A stretch of 64,000 bases of DNA from Mobula hypostoma (Eukaryota). The stretch is from NCBI RefSeq assembly GCF_963921235.1, contig NC_086108.1:17236001-17300000 (forward strand), in the 5' to 3' direction. Below, piece after piece: positions 63,344-64,000 of this stretch. The translations under genes were made by a program, and so were the position numbers. Positions within the stretch are counted from its first letter, which is position 1. Every line of letters begins with the position of its first letter. The notes beneath the pieces are model-generated. The model was given only the letters and a program-made list of their open reading frames with translations, did no database searches and was not told where the DNA came from.

Positions 63344-64000
63344 GACACAAGAGACTGCATATACTGGAATTTGGGGTAGCAAACAATATAGGTCAGGAAG
63401 CCTCTGTGGAAGTTTTGGGTGGAGATCTTGCATCAGAACTGAGAGGGTAGAGGGGAGGTAGCCATCATAAAGAAGTGAGAGGGAGGGGTGCAGGCTGGTA
63501 GGTAAAAATATGAGATGGAGCTAGGGGAGGGAGTAGTTAGAGACAAGAAGTTAGCAGGCAATAATAGGAACTAGGTAAGTGAGGGATGATGGGAAATTCA
63601 ACCAGATGGTGTAGGGGTCAGGAAAGGTATGCCAAAGGAGAAGAAAACAAGGCAGATAAGTCTGTGAGTGAAGGGAAGGTGGAACCAGATGGGGAAGGAT
63701 GCTGTCCGGATACTCGGGGGTGGCGGGGGCCGGGGGTAGAATGGAAAAGCTGAACAGAAGGACAGAGACCATAGGTGGATTGATTGGAGTGGAATAGGAA
63801 TACAGGGTTACCTGAAATGTTCAGACCATTGGGTTTAAAGGTGAAATATGAGGTGCCATTCTACTAGTTTGTGTTTGGCCTCACTGTGGCAGTGGAGAAG
63901 GCTGAGGACAAGCAGGTGACTGTGGGAATGAGGGTTGGGGGGCGGGTGGGATTTGAAATGACATGGCACCAGAAGCTCAAGCTGGCTGTTTATCACTTTG
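63344..64000 (-). mobile_element. Old Penelope-like element 3' portion, running off the window
   Basis: 63845-63900 (gaaatatgaggtg..ggcctcactgtggcagtggagaaggc) resembles the reverse complement of 50715-50780; PLE tail at 63344. Confidence 0.7.

Noticed and set aside
1..64000. Prokaryotic systems (CRISPR, retrons, DGRs, operons)
   Set aside because: No repeat-spacer arrays or gene-dense structure; all RT fragments belong to eukaryotic non-LTR or PLE clades.

Overview
This is eukaryotic, repeat-dominated DNA with no recognisable host protein-coding gene, rRNA, tRNA gene or CRISPR array. The repeat mix is CR1-clade LINEs, Rex1/Babar, RTE, Tx1, Penelope-like elements (PLE), HE1/V-SINE-like SINEs, Tc1 and hAT derivatives, and a solo LTR. 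This points to a cartilaginous fish, probably a ray (inference from repeat families, not a database result). Most long ORFs are retrotransposon pieces or their antisense shadows. Main observations: (1) three divergent CR1 copies all end ORF1 with an in-phase U_UUA_AAY slippery heptamer plus stop, and the -1 frame runs straight into ORF2, which has no upstream AUG in the most intact copy. This is a candidate programmed -1 frameshift. (2) A family of short PLE-derived insertions carries minimal hammerhead ribozyme motifs, including a 131-bp copy with an intact core and a perfect 13-bp target-site duplication (TSD); their 5' ends and one inversion point cluster at the ribozyme. (3) A nested SINE > CR1 > (PLE, near-intact CR1) stack at 19.1-27.2 kb creates a chimeric in-frame ORF. 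(4) A tRNA-headed SINE has a BovB/RTE-type tail, and 50-80 bp hAT micro-MITEs are present. (5) There is a candidate 12-nt microexon. Boundaries of old repeats are approximate and were read by eye.
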